Positions 18,483 to 28,261 are shown, counted from the stretch's first letter. The stretch: DNA of 64,000 bases from a candidate division WWE3 bacterium (GCA_052035175.1 JBPOHV010000001.1:622428-686427); one strand, 5' to 3'. The notes: generated from the sequence alone by a model not told the origin. A program made the numbers and translations.

Positions 18483-19297
18483 ATCTTCATCTGACAACTA
18501 AGACTTATATAAAATTGACACCAATAGTTGCCACACTTGCAGTTGCAGCTTTTTTTATTTCACAAAGTATAGTCGAATTATTGCAAAGAAACATTTTTGA
18601 TATACACCACGAGCTATATCTGCAAATAGTATTGGCACTTACGCTTATGTTTGTAGCGACGACGCTTACAATAGGTGTATGGGGTCAAAATATTCAATGG
18701 TTAATTATAACGTTGCCGATTATTTTAGGCACAATATTTGCCATCCCAAATAATCTTACAAATATACTGATGATAGCACCACTTATTTTTTATGGAATTT
18801 ATCTTTCTACTAAAATCTCACAAAATTCGATCAAGATCGATATCATTACTTCGCTAACTCCCGTGATTAAAGCGCTTATTTTTTATTTTTCATTAATAGC
18901 TGCAACTATTTACTATACTAACTTTGCAAACATTGAGTTGATAAAACAGTCTACAACAAAACTACTCCAAAATACGGTGCAAGAAATAGTATCAGCTCAA
19001 ATTAATAGTACACTAGGTGCAAACTTTGCTTATCTTGAAAAGCTGGGATTTTCTACAGACTTTGCAATCGCACAAATTATAAACACAAAAGATATTGTCA
19101 ATCCTTGGTTTGATAAGTATGAAGAGGCGATATCTCCTATAGTTTCTATTATTTTCTTCACATTGATAGGATTTCTTGGAGGAATTGCAAGATATATCTA
19201 TATGATTGTCATTATGCCTATAATATTTATTTGCAAAAAAACAAACTTTTTGAATACACAAAACATACAAGTTGAAAAAGAAACTCTTACATTTTGA
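18479..19297 (+). CDS. polytopic membrane protein, function unknown
   Basis: Multiple hydrophobic helices. Overlaps the MFS gene stop. Confidence 0.4.
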   Translation: MNLHLTTKTYIKLTPIVATLAVAAFFISQSIVELLQRNIFDIHHELYLQIVLALTLMFVATTLTIGVWGQNIQWLIITLPIILGTIFAIPNNLTNILMIAPLIFYGIYLSTKISQNSIKIDIITSLTPVIKALIFYFSLIAATIYYTNFANIELIKQSTTKLLQNTVQEIVSAQINSTLGANFAYLEKLGFSTDFAIAQIINTKDIVNPWFDKYEEAISPIVSIIFFTLIGFLGGIARYIYMIVIMPIIFICKKTNFLNTQNIQVEKETLTF

Positions 19298-19299
19298 TA

Positions 19300-20049
19300 C
19301 TAAAGAGGCTGAACCAACTCGGCTATCTTTACAGCATCTTCAAGCTTATAAACACCTATACGTGTGCGTAACAACGACGTTAAAACAGCGGATGTGTTTA
19401 AATATTGGCCAAGATCGTGTGCAAGTGACCGTATATAAGTACCGCTACCGCATACTACTTTTAGAGATAAAATAGGTAAGTTTACTAACTTTTCGTCGAT
19501 TAAAATCTCAGTTTCAACAAAGTCTATAATGTCGATTTTATAAATGTGTACTCTTTTAATTGGTAAATCTACATGTGTTAATAAATTATTTCTAGCTAAA
19601 TCGTAAAGTTTTTTACCTTTAACTTTGACTGCTGAATAAGGAGGAACTGTTTGATCGATGTCTCCTATAAATTTTGAAAGCGCAGATTGAATGCGCATTA
19701 AATCTAGATTTGCCCCTTTAACAAAAGAAATTTCTGATGAATCAAGGTCATAAGTAGGAGAATCAACTCCAAACGCTATTTTTGCTATATATTCTTTGTC
19801 GTAAGATAAAAAGTCATTTTGCTTTTTGGTATCTTGCTCTGTCAAAACCACCAAAACTCCCTCAGCCGCTGGATCAAGTGTTCCTGCGTGACCAATCCGG
19901 CGAGTATGCAAAACACCTCGTAATTTGGCCACAACGTCAAATGACGTCCAACCTCTTTCTTTATAAATATTTATAATCACACTGGCATTATATGCTAATA
20001 TGGGCGTAGATAAAATTCCCTGCCTACAATTAATATGGTGCCTGAGCAA
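19300..20049 (-). CDS. truB: tRNA pseudouridine(55) synthase
   Basis: GHAGTLDPAAEGVLVV catalytic motif. Confidence 0.8.
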   Translation of the reverse strand: MLRHHINCRQGILSTPILAYNASVIINIYKERGWTSFDVVAKLRGVLHTRRIGHAGTLDPAAEGVLVVLTEQDTKKQNDFLSYDKEYIAKIAFGVDSPTYDLDSSEISFVKGANLDLMRIQSALSKFIGDIDQTVPPYSAVKVKGKKLYDLARNNLLTHVDLPIKRVHIYKIDIIDFVETEILIDEKLVNLPILSLKVVCGSGTYIRSLAHDLGQYLNTSAVLTSLLRTRIGVYKLEDAVKIAELVQPL

Positions 20050-20910
20050 GCTAAATTCTTAGTTATAGTAAACAGTATCATTAATAATGCCGAGCAAAAA
20101 ATTTTGATACTTAAACGTAGTCCAAAAAGAGAATATAACCCAGGTAAATGGGAATTACCTGGTGGTAAAGTTGCGCTTTACGAATCGTTAAAAAGCGCCG
20201 TCGAGAACCTTGTCTTCACAGATTACGGCATTTCAATTACATCAAATGATAATAGATACTACTGCAATAATCACTTTATCTCCGAAGGAAAATACAAAGG
20301 CTACGAGTATCTAGAGCTTACAACCGGTGCAAAATTGATCGCTGGCAGTGTAGATATAAGTATAGATGAATATACTCAATTTGAATGGATAAAGATTGAA
20401 GATGCATTTGATTACGACCTAACTATAAACACATTACACTCTTTGACGAAATATTATGAAGATGTAAAAAAGCTAGAAAACTTGGACGAACCGAACGAAC
20501 GCCCAGTAATCATAGTCGGAAGAGCACTTATAAAAAATAAAGATGACAAATTTTTATTTATTAAAAGAAGCGAAACTAATACATATCCAAATACTTGGGA
20601 ACTTCCAGGAGGAAAGCTAAATATGCTAGAAACAATCGACAATGCTGTAATCAGAGAAGTATTTGAAGAAACCAATCTTGTTTTGAAAATAAAAAACCTA
20701 GTCTTGTATATAAACAGTTATATCGAAAATTCTGGACGACATAGGGGATATACATATGTAAACTTTGTTAGCGATACGCAAATATCTTCTGGCAAGATAA
20801 AACTCACTGAAAAGCATTCTGCATACAAATGGGTAACAAAAAAAGAAATACAAGATTTGGAATTATCACCATATATGGGGTTACAAATTTCAGAAATCTT
20901 TTTTAAATAA
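20035..20910 (+). CDS. tandem Nudix-domain hydrolase
   Basis: Two GKWELPGGK / NTWELPGGK Nudix-type segments, the second followed by REVFEETNL. Confidence 0.6.
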   Translation: MVPEQAKFLVIVNSIINNAEQKILILKRSPKREYNPGKWELPGGKVALYESLKSAVENLVFTDYGISITSNDNRYYCNNHFISEGKYKGYEYLELTTGAKLIAGSVDISIDEYTQFEWIKIEDAFDYDLTINTLHSLTKYYEDVKKLENLDEPNERPVIIVGRALIKNKDDKFLFIKRSETNTYPNTWELPGGKLNMLETIDNAVIREVFEETNLVLKIKNLVLYINSYIENSGRHRGYTYVNFVSDTQISSGKIKLTEKHSAYKWVTKKEIQDLELSPYMGLQISEIFFK

Positions 20911-20947
20911 TTGACTAAGAAACAATACACATTGTAATATATTAACA

Positions 20948-21235
20948 TTGTTTAGCAATCTATCCCCAGAATTTATAGTCACTACACTTTTTGGCAGCGG
21001 TATTTTACTAACAACATTAAAAGGTAGCATTGAAATCGGCAGATTTTCACAAAGATTAGATAATTTAGAGAAACGCGTAGATAGTTTGGATGAAAAGTTA
21101 GATAGAAAAATCGAATCTCTAGACACAAAGCTAGAAGGGGCTTTCAGGTATTTAAACTCACGCATAGACAACTTGGCTTATTATGTTAGCGGCATAAAGC
21201 AAGCAGAAACCATAAAAACAACAACCCGCCAATAG
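20948..21235 (+). CDS. small membrane-anchored coiled-coil protein
   Basis: TM helix followed by heptad-like LDNLEKRVDSLDEKLDRKIESLDTKLE. Confidence 0.35.
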   Translation: MFSNLSPEFIVTTLFGSGILLTTLKGSIEIGRFSQRLDNLEKRVDSLDEKLDRKIESLDTKLEGAFRYLNSRIDNLAYYVSGIKQAETIKTTTRQ

Positions 21236-21323
21236 GCGGATATACTTTAAATAAAGTAGATAGTTCAGGTAATAAATATTAAATTTCTTGCATCTCTAAA
21301 CAAACCCTTTAGTTGGTGCTAAA

Positions 21324-23108
21324 ATGAGGTCACTTCATATGAGTAAAATACGAAACGAACTAAAAGACGATCCTTTAATGCCATTAAGGCATACTGCAGA
21401 ACACATATTGCATATGTCTATGGAAAAACTATTTCCAGGCTTGATGAAAGTAATGGGACCACCTATTGAAAACGGGTTTTACCACGATTTTGACTATGAA
21501 GGAAAAGTTTCAGAAGAAGATTTTCCAAAAATCGAGGCTGAAATGCAAAAAATAATTGACGCTGATTTACCAATTAAACTAGTCGAAACTACCGTAAAAG
21601 AAGCCAAAGAAATATTTAGCTCTAATAAATACAAACTCGAGTTTTTGGAAGAAATTGAAAAAAAAGGCGAAAAAGTAACTTTGTATCAAATAGGTGAAAA
21701 AGACACACAATTTTATGATTTAGATCTGTGTGCAGGCCCACATATATCAAGTACTGGTGGCGTTAAAGCATTCAAACTCATGAATATAGCCGGAGCTTAT
21801 TGGAGAGGGGATTCAAACAACAAAATGTTAGGGCGCATTTATGGGACTGCATTTGATAAGCAAGAAGCTTTGGAAGAGTACCTGAAAAACTTGGAATTGG
21901 CCAAAGAACACGATCACAAAAAACTTGGCGTAGCTTTGGAATTGTTTATGTTCCACGAAACTGCTCCTGGTATGGCATATTGGTTACCAAAAGGCGTAAC
22001 ACTTTATAACGAGCTCGTTGAATTTTGGAGACAAGAACACAAACAAAGAGGCTATCTAGAAATATTTTCACCATTAATCAATAAAAAAGCATTATATGAA
22101 ACATCAGGACATTGGGAACATTACAAAGAAGACATGTTTATCGCTGATATGGGTGAAAATGAAGTCTTCGCTCTTAAACCAATGAATTGTCCAAACGCAA
22201 TGGTCGTTTTTGGAAGCAAATCACGATCTTATCGAGAACTACCATTTAGACTGGGTGACACTGACTGTTTACATAGATACGAGTTATCTGGCGCACTCAA
22301 TGGCTTACTTAGAATTCGAGAGTTTAGACAAGACGATGCACATATTTTTGTATCAGAAGATCAAATCAAAACTGAATTTCAAAATTTATTTGAAATTACA
22401 CAAAAGTTTTATTCTATATTTGGATTAGAATATAGATTTAGACTAGGAACCAGACCAGAAAAGTTTATGGGTGACCCAAAGTTGTGGGACCGTGCCGAAA
22501 AAGAACTTACTGAAATACTAGAAGAATCAGGTAAAGACTATTTTGTACGTGATGGAGATGGTGCATTTTATGGGCCAAAGATAGATATTTTGATGAAAGA
22601 TGCTTTGGGACGAGATTGGCAAATGGGTACACTGCAACTAGATTTACAGATTCCACGCAGGTTTGGATTGGAATACACCGATAAAGAAGGTAACGCACAA
22701 ACACCAATTGTTATCCATAGAGTGGTTTATGGATCATTAGAAAGATTCATAGGATTAATTACAGAACATTTTGGTGGGGCATTTCCGGTATGGTTAGCGC
22801 CCGTCCAAGTAAAAGTTATAACTATATCTGACAAACAAAATGACTACGCCTACAGCGTAAAACAAGCCCTAGAAGCTAAAAACATAAGAGTAGAGGTCGA
22901 TGACCGTAATGAATCAATGGGTGCAAAAATAAGAGACGCACAAATGCAAAAGACACCTTATATGTTGGTAGTAGGTGATAGAGAAAAAGAAAACAACCAA
23001 GTTAGCGTACGCTTACGCACCGGAGAAGACCTAAAAGCACTACCATTAAACGAAGTAACTGATAAAATATCTGAAATATATTTGACCAAAAGCCTACAGT
23101 TATGGTAA
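21324..23108 (+). CDS. thrS: threonyl-tRNA synthetase (lacks N-terminal TGS domain)
   Basis: HTAEHILHMSMEKLFP...GPPIENGFYHDFD plus class II core motifs. An alternative start at 21339 has a better SD. Confidence 0.9.
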   Translation: MRSLHMSKIRNELKDDPLMPLRHTAEHILHMSMEKLFPGLMKVMGPPIENGFYHDFDYEGKVSEEDFPKIEAEMQKIIDADLPIKLVETTVKEAKEIFSSNKYKLEFLEEIEKKGEKVTLYQIGEKDTQFYDLDLCAGPHISSTGGVKAFKLMNIAGAYWRGDSNNKMLGRIYGTAFDKQEALEEYLKNLELAKEHDHKKLGVALELFMFHETAPGMAYWLPKGVTLYNELVEFWRQEHKQRGYLEIFSPLINKKALYETSGHWEHYKEDMFIADMGENEVFALKPMNCPNAMVVFGSKSRSYRELPFRLGDTDCLHRYELSGALNGLLRIREFRQDDAHIFVSEDQIKTEFQNLFEITQKFYSIFGLEYRFRLGTRPEKFMGDPKLWDRAEKELTEILEESGKDYFVRDGDGAFYGPKIDILMKDALGRDWQMGTLQLDLQIPRRFGLEYTDKEGNAQTPIVIHRVVYGSLERFIGLITEHFGGAFPVWLAPVQVKVITISDKQNDYAYSVKQALEAKNIRVEVDDRNESMGAKIRDAQMQKTPYMLVVGDREKENNQVSVRLRTGEDLKALPLNEVTDKISEIYLTKSLQLW

Positions 23109-23159
23109 GTTTTAGGGCGTAAAGACGGAGGTTTTTCAACTATACAAAGAAAATACGAT

Positions 23160-23651
23160 ATAAATGAACGAATAAGGTTGCGAGAGATGCTAGTAATCAC
23201 TAGAGATGGTGAAAATCTCGGGGTCATAACCAAAGAGCAGGCCTTGAGAGAAGCAAAAGAACGAGAGCTCGATTTGGTTGTCATAGCTGAGAATTCTCAG
23301 CCTCCTGTAGCCAAGATCTTAGACTTTAAGAAGTTTTTGTACGAAGAAAACAAAAAGCTTTCTGCAGCTAAGTCTAGAGCAAAAAAGAGTGAACTTAAGA
23401 TCTTTGAGATAGGTCTTTACATAAGTAAAGGCGATCTAGACAAGAAATTGGGTAGATCAAAAGAGTTTTTACAAGACGGAAATCGAGTAAAGTTTTCTAT
23501 CAAAATGAGAGGAAGACAAAACTTGTTTCCTGAAGTAGCCTTGGAAAAACTACAGATTATTGAAAAAGAACTTGAAGGTATAGGAAAAAAAGAGTCTGAA
23601 CCTAAAAGACAAGGAAATGGCTTTTGGGTAGTATATGTTTCTGCAAAATGA
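23160..23651 (+). CDS. infC: translation initiation factor IF-3 (probable non-canonical ATA/ATT-type start)
   Basis: INERIRLREMLVITRDGENLGV...DLVVIAENSQPPVAKILDFKKFLYE. The conserved N-terminus lies upstream of the first ATG/TTG. Confidence 0.8.
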   Translation: MNERIRLREMLVITRDGENLGVITKEQALREAKERELDLVVIAENSQPPVAKILDFKKFLYEENKKLSAAKSRAKKSELKIFEIGLYISKGDLDKKLGRSKEFLQDGNRVKFSIKMRGRQNLFPEVALEKLQIIEKELEGIGKKESEPKRQGNGFWVVYVSAK

Positions 23652-23663
23652 TATAAGTTTGAT

Positions 23664-23873
23664 ATGAAGACAAGAAAAACGTTAATAAAAAGAATAAAAA
23701 TAACAAAAAGCGGTAAAATTGTTAAAAAGCAAAATAGCACAGGCCATTTAAAAGCAAAATGGGACGCTAGCAGAAAAACAAGAAAAAGAACCAGACTAGT
23801 ACAATTGAACAAAGGACATAGAAGGTTATTTAAAAAAATGCTAGGAAAAGCAGGAAAAAAGATAAAAGGTTAA
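23664..23873 (+). CDS. rpmI: ribosomal protein L35
   Basis: MKTRKTLIKRIKITKSGKI... Confidence 0.85.
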   Translation: MKTRKTLIKRIKITKSGKIVKKQNSTGHLKAKWDASRKTRKRTRLVQLNKGHRRLFKKMLGKAGKKIKG

Positions 23874-23877
23874 TAAT

Positions 23878-24234
23878 ATGCCAAGAGCAAAAGGTGGATT
23901 TAAAACAAAACGAAAACATAATAAAGTACTTAGCTTAGCAAAAGGCTATCGTGGTACTAGAAATAGACTTTTCAAAAGAGCTAATGAAGCAGTCTTAAGA
24001 GCAGGAGAACATGCATTTGCAGGACGTAAAATAAAACGAAGAGATTTGCGCAGATTATGGATTGTACGTATAAATGCTGCACTCATGCCATTTGATATCA
24101 AATACAGCCGATTTATAAATGCTCTCAAAAAAGCAAATATCGACTTGGATCGCAAAGTATTATCCGACATGGCTATTACTGATCCCAAATCTTTTGAAAA
24201 GGTGGTTGAAAAAGCCAAAGAATCGTTTAATTAG
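23878..24234 (+). CDS. rplT: ribosomal protein L20
   Basis: MPRAKGGFKTKRKHNKVLSLAKGYRG... Confidence 0.9.
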   Translation: MPRAKGGFKTKRKHNKVLSLAKGYRGTRNRLFKRANEAVLRAGEHAFAGRKIKRRDLRRLWIVRINAALMPFDIKYSRFINALKKANIDLDRKVLSDMAITDPKSFEKVVEKAKESFN

Positions 24235-24269
24235 TTTAATTCGACCAACTACCCTGATAGAATATCAAT

Positions 24270-25298
24270 ATGGATTTGGAACGCGATGTAAAAGCATTAC
24301 AAGATAAGTTTCTACTCGATCTTACTGAAGCCAGACAAACTGGTAATTTTGACAAGCTTTATCTAAACTATTTTTCAAAAAGTCATGGAGCTACCATCGC
24401 ACTATTGCAAGTGTTACCAAAGATGTCGTCGGATGAAAAACGCGTTTGGGGACCAATTTTGAATGCTCTTCAAGAAAAGCAAAAATCTGACATCGAAGAA
24501 GCAAAATATCAGTATAATCAAAATTTGTACAACGACCCTACAATCGATCTAACAATTCCACAAGTACCACAAAAAGTGGGAAGACTGCATCCTACAACTC
24601 AAACTTTTAGAGAAATGAATGAATTCTTTAGATATCTAGGATTTTCTGTTATAGATGGGCCAGAAATTGAGACAGCATTATATAACTTCCGTAAACTAAA
24701 TTTACCAGAAGGCCATCCGGCAAACGATTTGCAAGACAGTTTGTTTATACATAAAGACGATAAAAATAGCGATAATGATATTTTATTAAGAACACAGACT
24801 TCATCGGTAGAAGCCAGAATTTTGTCAGAATACAAACCGCCGATCAGGATTGTCGTTCCTGGCAATTGTTTTAGAAACGAAACTTTGAATATGACCAATA
24901 GTGACTTTTTTACGCAATTTCAAGGCGTTGTTGTTGATAAAGGTATAACAATACAGCACTTGAAAACTACCTTGACACAATTTCATAAATTTTTGTTTGG
25001 AGATGATGTTGTATTGAGATTTAGATACAAATATTATCCAGAAGTTAGCCCTGGAATGGGCGTAGACATGAAATGCAAATTTTGTGAAGGAACCGGCTGC
25101 ACCACATGCAAACAACGTGGGTGGATCGAAGTATTAGGCAGCGGTATGATTCATTACAATACGCTCAAGATGTGTGGAATAGATCCAGAAATTTATACTG
25201 GATATGCATTTGGTATAGGAAGCGACAGACAAGTAATGATGAAACACGGAATCACAGACATCAGAGCATTATACGGAGCTGGTTTGGTATATAAATAA
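24270..25298 (+). CDS. pheS: phenylalanyl-tRNA synthetase alpha subunit
   Basis: HPTTQTFREMNEFFRYLGF...EGHPANDLQDSLFI and class II motifs. Confidence 0.9.
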   Translation: MDLERDVKALQDKFLLDLTEARQTGNFDKLYLNYFSKSHGATIALLQVLPKMSSDEKRVWGPILNALQEKQKSDIEEAKYQYNQNLYNDPTIDLTIPQVPQKVGRLHPTTQTFREMNEFFRYLGFSVIDGPEIETALYNFRKLNLPEGHPANDLQDSLFIHKDDKNSDNDILLRTQTSSVEARILSEYKPPIRIVVPGNCFRNETLNMTNSDFFTQFQGVVVDKGITIQHLKTTLTQFHKFLFGDDVVLRFRYKYYPEVSPGMGVDMKCKFCEGTGCTTCKQRGWIEVLGSGMIHYNTLKMCGIDPEIYTGYAFGIGSDRQVMMKHGITDIRALYGAGLVYK

Positions 25299-25306
25299 AA
25301 ACAAAT

Positions 25307-27250
25307 ATGAAAATACCTGTTGAATGGTTATCTGAATACATAAAAATAAATAAGACGCCAAAAGAACTAGCGCAAGACTTTACAGCGGTTGGATTGATGC
25401 TTGATAAGTATGATGAAAAAAACAGTGTACTCGATCTAGAACACCGCATGGATCGCTCTGATTGGCTTTCTATATTAGGGTGTGCTAGAGATTTGGCAGC
25501 ATATAACAAAACTGAACTAAGATATCCAAAAGCTTACTTAGCAGATTTACCAAAGATTCCTGAAAGTGAGCAAGTGCAAATAAATGTAGAAGGAACTGAT
25601 TTTGTTAATAGATTTTATACACGTATTTTCAAAAACATAAAAATACAAGATTCTCCAGATTGGCTGAAAAAGCGATTGGAAGCATATGGTTTACCTTCTA
25701 TAAATAATATTGTAGATATAACCAATTATGTAATGGTCGAATACGGACAACCAATGCACGCACACGACTTGGACAAAATGCAAACAAAAGAGATTACTTT
25801 CAGACACGCAAAACCTGGTGAAAAGATTGTAACCTTGCTAGGACAAGAGATAGAACTCGACTCTAATACTTGGATAACAACAAACAACAATTTACCTACA
25901 GGCGTAGCTGGAATTGTAGGTGGAAAACAAGTAGCAATAGATGCGACAACAAAAAATATTGTTTTGGATTCTGGAAATTATAATCAAACAACAATTAGGC
26001 ATACATCAAGAAACATTAAAATAACCAATGAAACTGTTTTGCGCACAGATAAGTTTTTGCACGCGCACAACAATGAACTTGCAATAAAAAGAGCAACTCA
26101 GCTCATACTAGAACTGGCAGGCGGGGACGCTTTTGAAAATTTCGACTATTATCCAACGAGGCAAGGCCTGACCAAGCAACAGCTTAGATATAGCAGACTA
26201 GTAAAAATTGGCGGTATGCATTTTTCAGACGCTGAAATTGAAGATATTTTAACGAGATTAGAATACAAAGTATTATCAAAAAAAGAAGCTGAAGATAATA
26301 CAAAGTTATGGGAACTCGAAGTACCTTATTTTAGAACAGACGTCCAAGTCGAAGACGACATTGTCGCAGATATATTGCGAATAAACGATTACAACAAAAT
26401 ACCAGCCGCATCGATAGACATGGCACCACCATCAGAGATAACACCTGCGGCATATAAATTTGAACAACTATTAAAAGATGAATTGGTAAAATTAGGTCTT
26501 GACGAACATATAACTGCCCCAATGATACCTATCGACAAACTTAACACCGAGCAAGTAACGATTTTGAGTAGCCTGAGCGCAGACAGACAAGGTCTGAGAA
26601 CAAATGTATATACTACGTTGAAAGCTGCTATCGACACTTATAAAAAGCACAATTTACATGAAATAGGGGTATTTGAAATAGGAAATACTTTTCACAAAAC
26701 TGGGAATGGTTCAAAACACGAAGACTATTTAGAAAAAAAGGAAGTAGAAATAATATACGAAAATACTCAGATGAACGTGAAAGAAAACTCAATCAAACTG
26801 AGACAAATTTTAGCAAGCTTATTAACTACTTTGGGAATCGCTAACTACTATCTAGAAAAAGAAGGTCAAAATGTGTGTATAAAATCACAAAGTCAAAATA
26901 CTTTGGGAATACTCACACATACGCACGCTACCTTGGCGATTGATACGTTGCTACTTGAGTATAAAAAACCAAGGTTAGCTATTTCTGAAATGCAAAACTT
27001 TACCAACTTTGATATTTCTTTGGTTATGAATCTAGAGCAACAATTTGGTGCGATATATAAATCTATTAAAGATTTTGATCAAAATATTGTTGATGTCGTT
27101 GTTGCTGAAGACTACATTGGTGCAAATGTCGAACAAGGCAAAAAAGCTGTGTTGGTTCAAATTACGCATAAATTAGCTGATACTTCAGAAGCACGAGTTA
27201 AGCTTTTGGAACATTTGGTTAAAACTTTTAATATTTCTCACCGCAGTTAA
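25307..27250 (+). CDS. pheT: phenylalanyl-tRNA synthetase beta subunit (short form)
   Basis: Its position after pheS, the B3/B4 and B5-like regions, and its length of 647 aa. Confidence 0.85.
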   Translation: MKIPVEWLSEYIKINKTPKELAQDFTAVGLMLDKYDEKNSVLDLEHRMDRSDWLSILGCARDLAAYNKTELRYPKAYLADLPKIPESEQVQINVEGTDFVNRFYTRIFKNIKIQDSPDWLKKRLEAYGLPSINNIVDITNYVMVEYGQPMHAHDLDKMQTKEITFRHAKPGEKIVTLLGQEIELDSNTWITTNNNLPTGVAGIVGGKQVAIDATTKNIVLDSGNYNQTTIRHTSRNIKITNETVLRTDKFLHAHNNELAIKRATQLILELAGGDAFENFDYYPTRQGLTKQQLRYSRLVKIGGMHFSDAEIEDILTRLEYKVLSKKEAEDNTKLWELEVPYFRTDVQVEDDIVADILRINDYNKIPAASIDMAPPSEITPAAYKFEQLLKDELVKLGLDEHITAPMIPIDKLNTEQVTILSSLSADRQGLRTNVYTTLKAAIDTYKKHNLHEIGVFEIGNTFHKTGNGSKHEDYLEKKEVEIIYENTQMNVKENSIKLRQILASLLTTLGIANYYLEKEGQNVCIKSQSQNTLGILTHTHATLAIDTLLLEYKKPRLAISEMQNFTNFDISLVMNLEQQFGAIYKSIKDFDQNIVDVVVAEDYIGANVEQGKKAVLVQITHKLADTSEARVKLLEHLVKTFNISHRS

Positions 27251-27273
27251 GGACCTGGTCAGACCTGGTCTAG
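27247..27273. repeat. 27-bp inverted-repeat end (left) TTAAGGACCTGGTCAGACCTGGTCTAG
   Basis: Perfect reverse complement of 28593-28619. It overlaps the pheT stop codon. Confidence 0.9.
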
Positions 27274-27377
27274 TGTTCATAAATATGTTATCGTCTCATC
27301 GTAGGTTTTGTGAGCAGCTAATCCCGCGGCCCGGGAAGTAGCTGTCTTAATCAACACAAGACCTGCAACACCAGATG

Positions 27378-27440
27378 GGAACAGTAGCTTCAAAGTGACG
27401 TTTGTCGCACCTCCCATCTGGTTTTTCTTTTTTTTGCACT
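27378..27440 (+). terminator. rho-independent terminator (likely end of the thrS-pheT operon)
   Basis: CCAGATGGGA ... TCCCATCTGG 10-bp stem followed by TTTTTCTTTTTTTTG. Confidence 0.55.
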
Positions 27441-27578
27441 TCCGAGACAATCATAGTAATATCCCAACAGCTAAAGCAGTGGCGAGATATGTGTAGGCGA
27501 AAGCCAGCAAGCCGCGAATCGCGGAACACTAATCTCCCTCTGCTTTAGCACACTCGTTTAAAGGTTAAACCTTCATAT

Positions 27579-27607
27579 TTGCTTATTTTAAAAGTTTTGT
27601 ATAGAAT
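27579..27607 (+). promoter_or_regulatory. putative sigma70 promoter for the tRNA-like gene at 27621
   Basis: TTGCTT, 17-nt spacer, TAGAAT. Confidence 0.4.
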
Positions 27608-27620
27608 GCACTCCATCGCC

Positions 27621-27692
27621 GGAGATGTAGCTCAATTGGGAGAGCACCGAGCTTTTGCTCGTAGGTTGCAGGTTCGAGTCCCGCCATTTCCA
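27621..27692 (+). tRNA. tRNA-like gene, anticodon region CTTTTG (Lys-TTT-like), apparent 6-nt anticodon loop, no encoded CCA
   Basis: Acceptor GGAGATG/CATTTCC pairs at all 7 positions with one G-U, and the D-arm GCTC-AATTGGGA-GAGC is canonical. The T-arm GCAGG-TTCGAGT-CCCGC has one mismatch. The anticodon stem CCGAG/CTCGT leaves only 6 loop nucleotides. Confidence 0.45.
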
Positions 27693-27960
27693 TTCGAGTG
27701 CACAACAGGTAGAACGTCTCCTATCATGTTGTGCGCTCGTGTAGGGCTGACAAGGTGATGCGCTCGCATCATTAACCTTGTCAGCCCTCCTCCAAATTCT
27801 TCACATACACCACTTACGTGATACTATTCAAACATTAAAATGTGCAAGCGGGAAACTATATGCACATACGGAGTGAAGCTTAGAAATGCTCGGTCAGGCA
27901 TCGGGGATTTTATTCTAGCTTCACTCCTTTGCTTTCTAAACACCCAACTTTAAGATTTGA

Positions 27961-27989
27961 TTGACCTATAGTTGTGGTGTTGTTATACT
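27961..27989 (+). promoter_or_regulatory. near-consensus sigma70 promoter
   Basis: TTGACC, 17-nt spacer, TATACT. Confidence 0.5.
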
Positions 27990-27996
27990 AGCGTTT

Positions 27997-28085
27997 GATA
28001 AACTGTGCCCAAGAAACTTGGACACAGTATCGTTGGGGCATTGCTTCGCCGCAAGGCACAGGAAAAGCAATGCCCCCATTTTCTT
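27997..28085 (+). ncRNA. candidate small RNA or structured tRNA leader
   Basis: Directly downstream of the consensus promoter. Ends in GGGGCATTGC...GCAATGCCCC (10-bp stem) followed by CATTTTCTTT, which abuts the tRNA at 28087. Confidence 0.3.
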
Positions 28086-28086
28086 T

Positions 28087-28160
28087 AGGGATGTGGCGCA
28101 ATTGGAAGACGCGTCGGACTTATAATCCGAATTTTGCGGGTTCGAAGCCCGTCATCCCTA
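28087..28160 (+). tRNA. candidate tRNA-Ile(TAT), no encoded CCA
   Basis: Acceptor AGGGATG/CATCCCT, anticodon stem TCGGA/TCCGA with loop CTTATAA, T-arm GCGGG-TTCGAAG-CCCGT. The D-arm is irregular (3-bp stem, 11-nt loop). Confidence 0.5.
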
Positions 28161-28261
28161 TATAGCCTACAAGAACAAACGTCTCTCTTGTAGACTTACT
28201 GGATGCATTTGGTGATAGCCTCCTTCTATCTTCTAATGCATCCAGTTTATTCAAATGTTAT

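Noticed and set aside
27274-27440. Possible tmRNA, SRP RNA or 6S RNA in the long pheT 3' region
   Set aside because: None of the conserved tmRNA tag or tRNA-like motifs is present, nor the SRP domain IV or RNase P motifs. The simplest reading is a 3' UTR ending in an intrinsic terminator.
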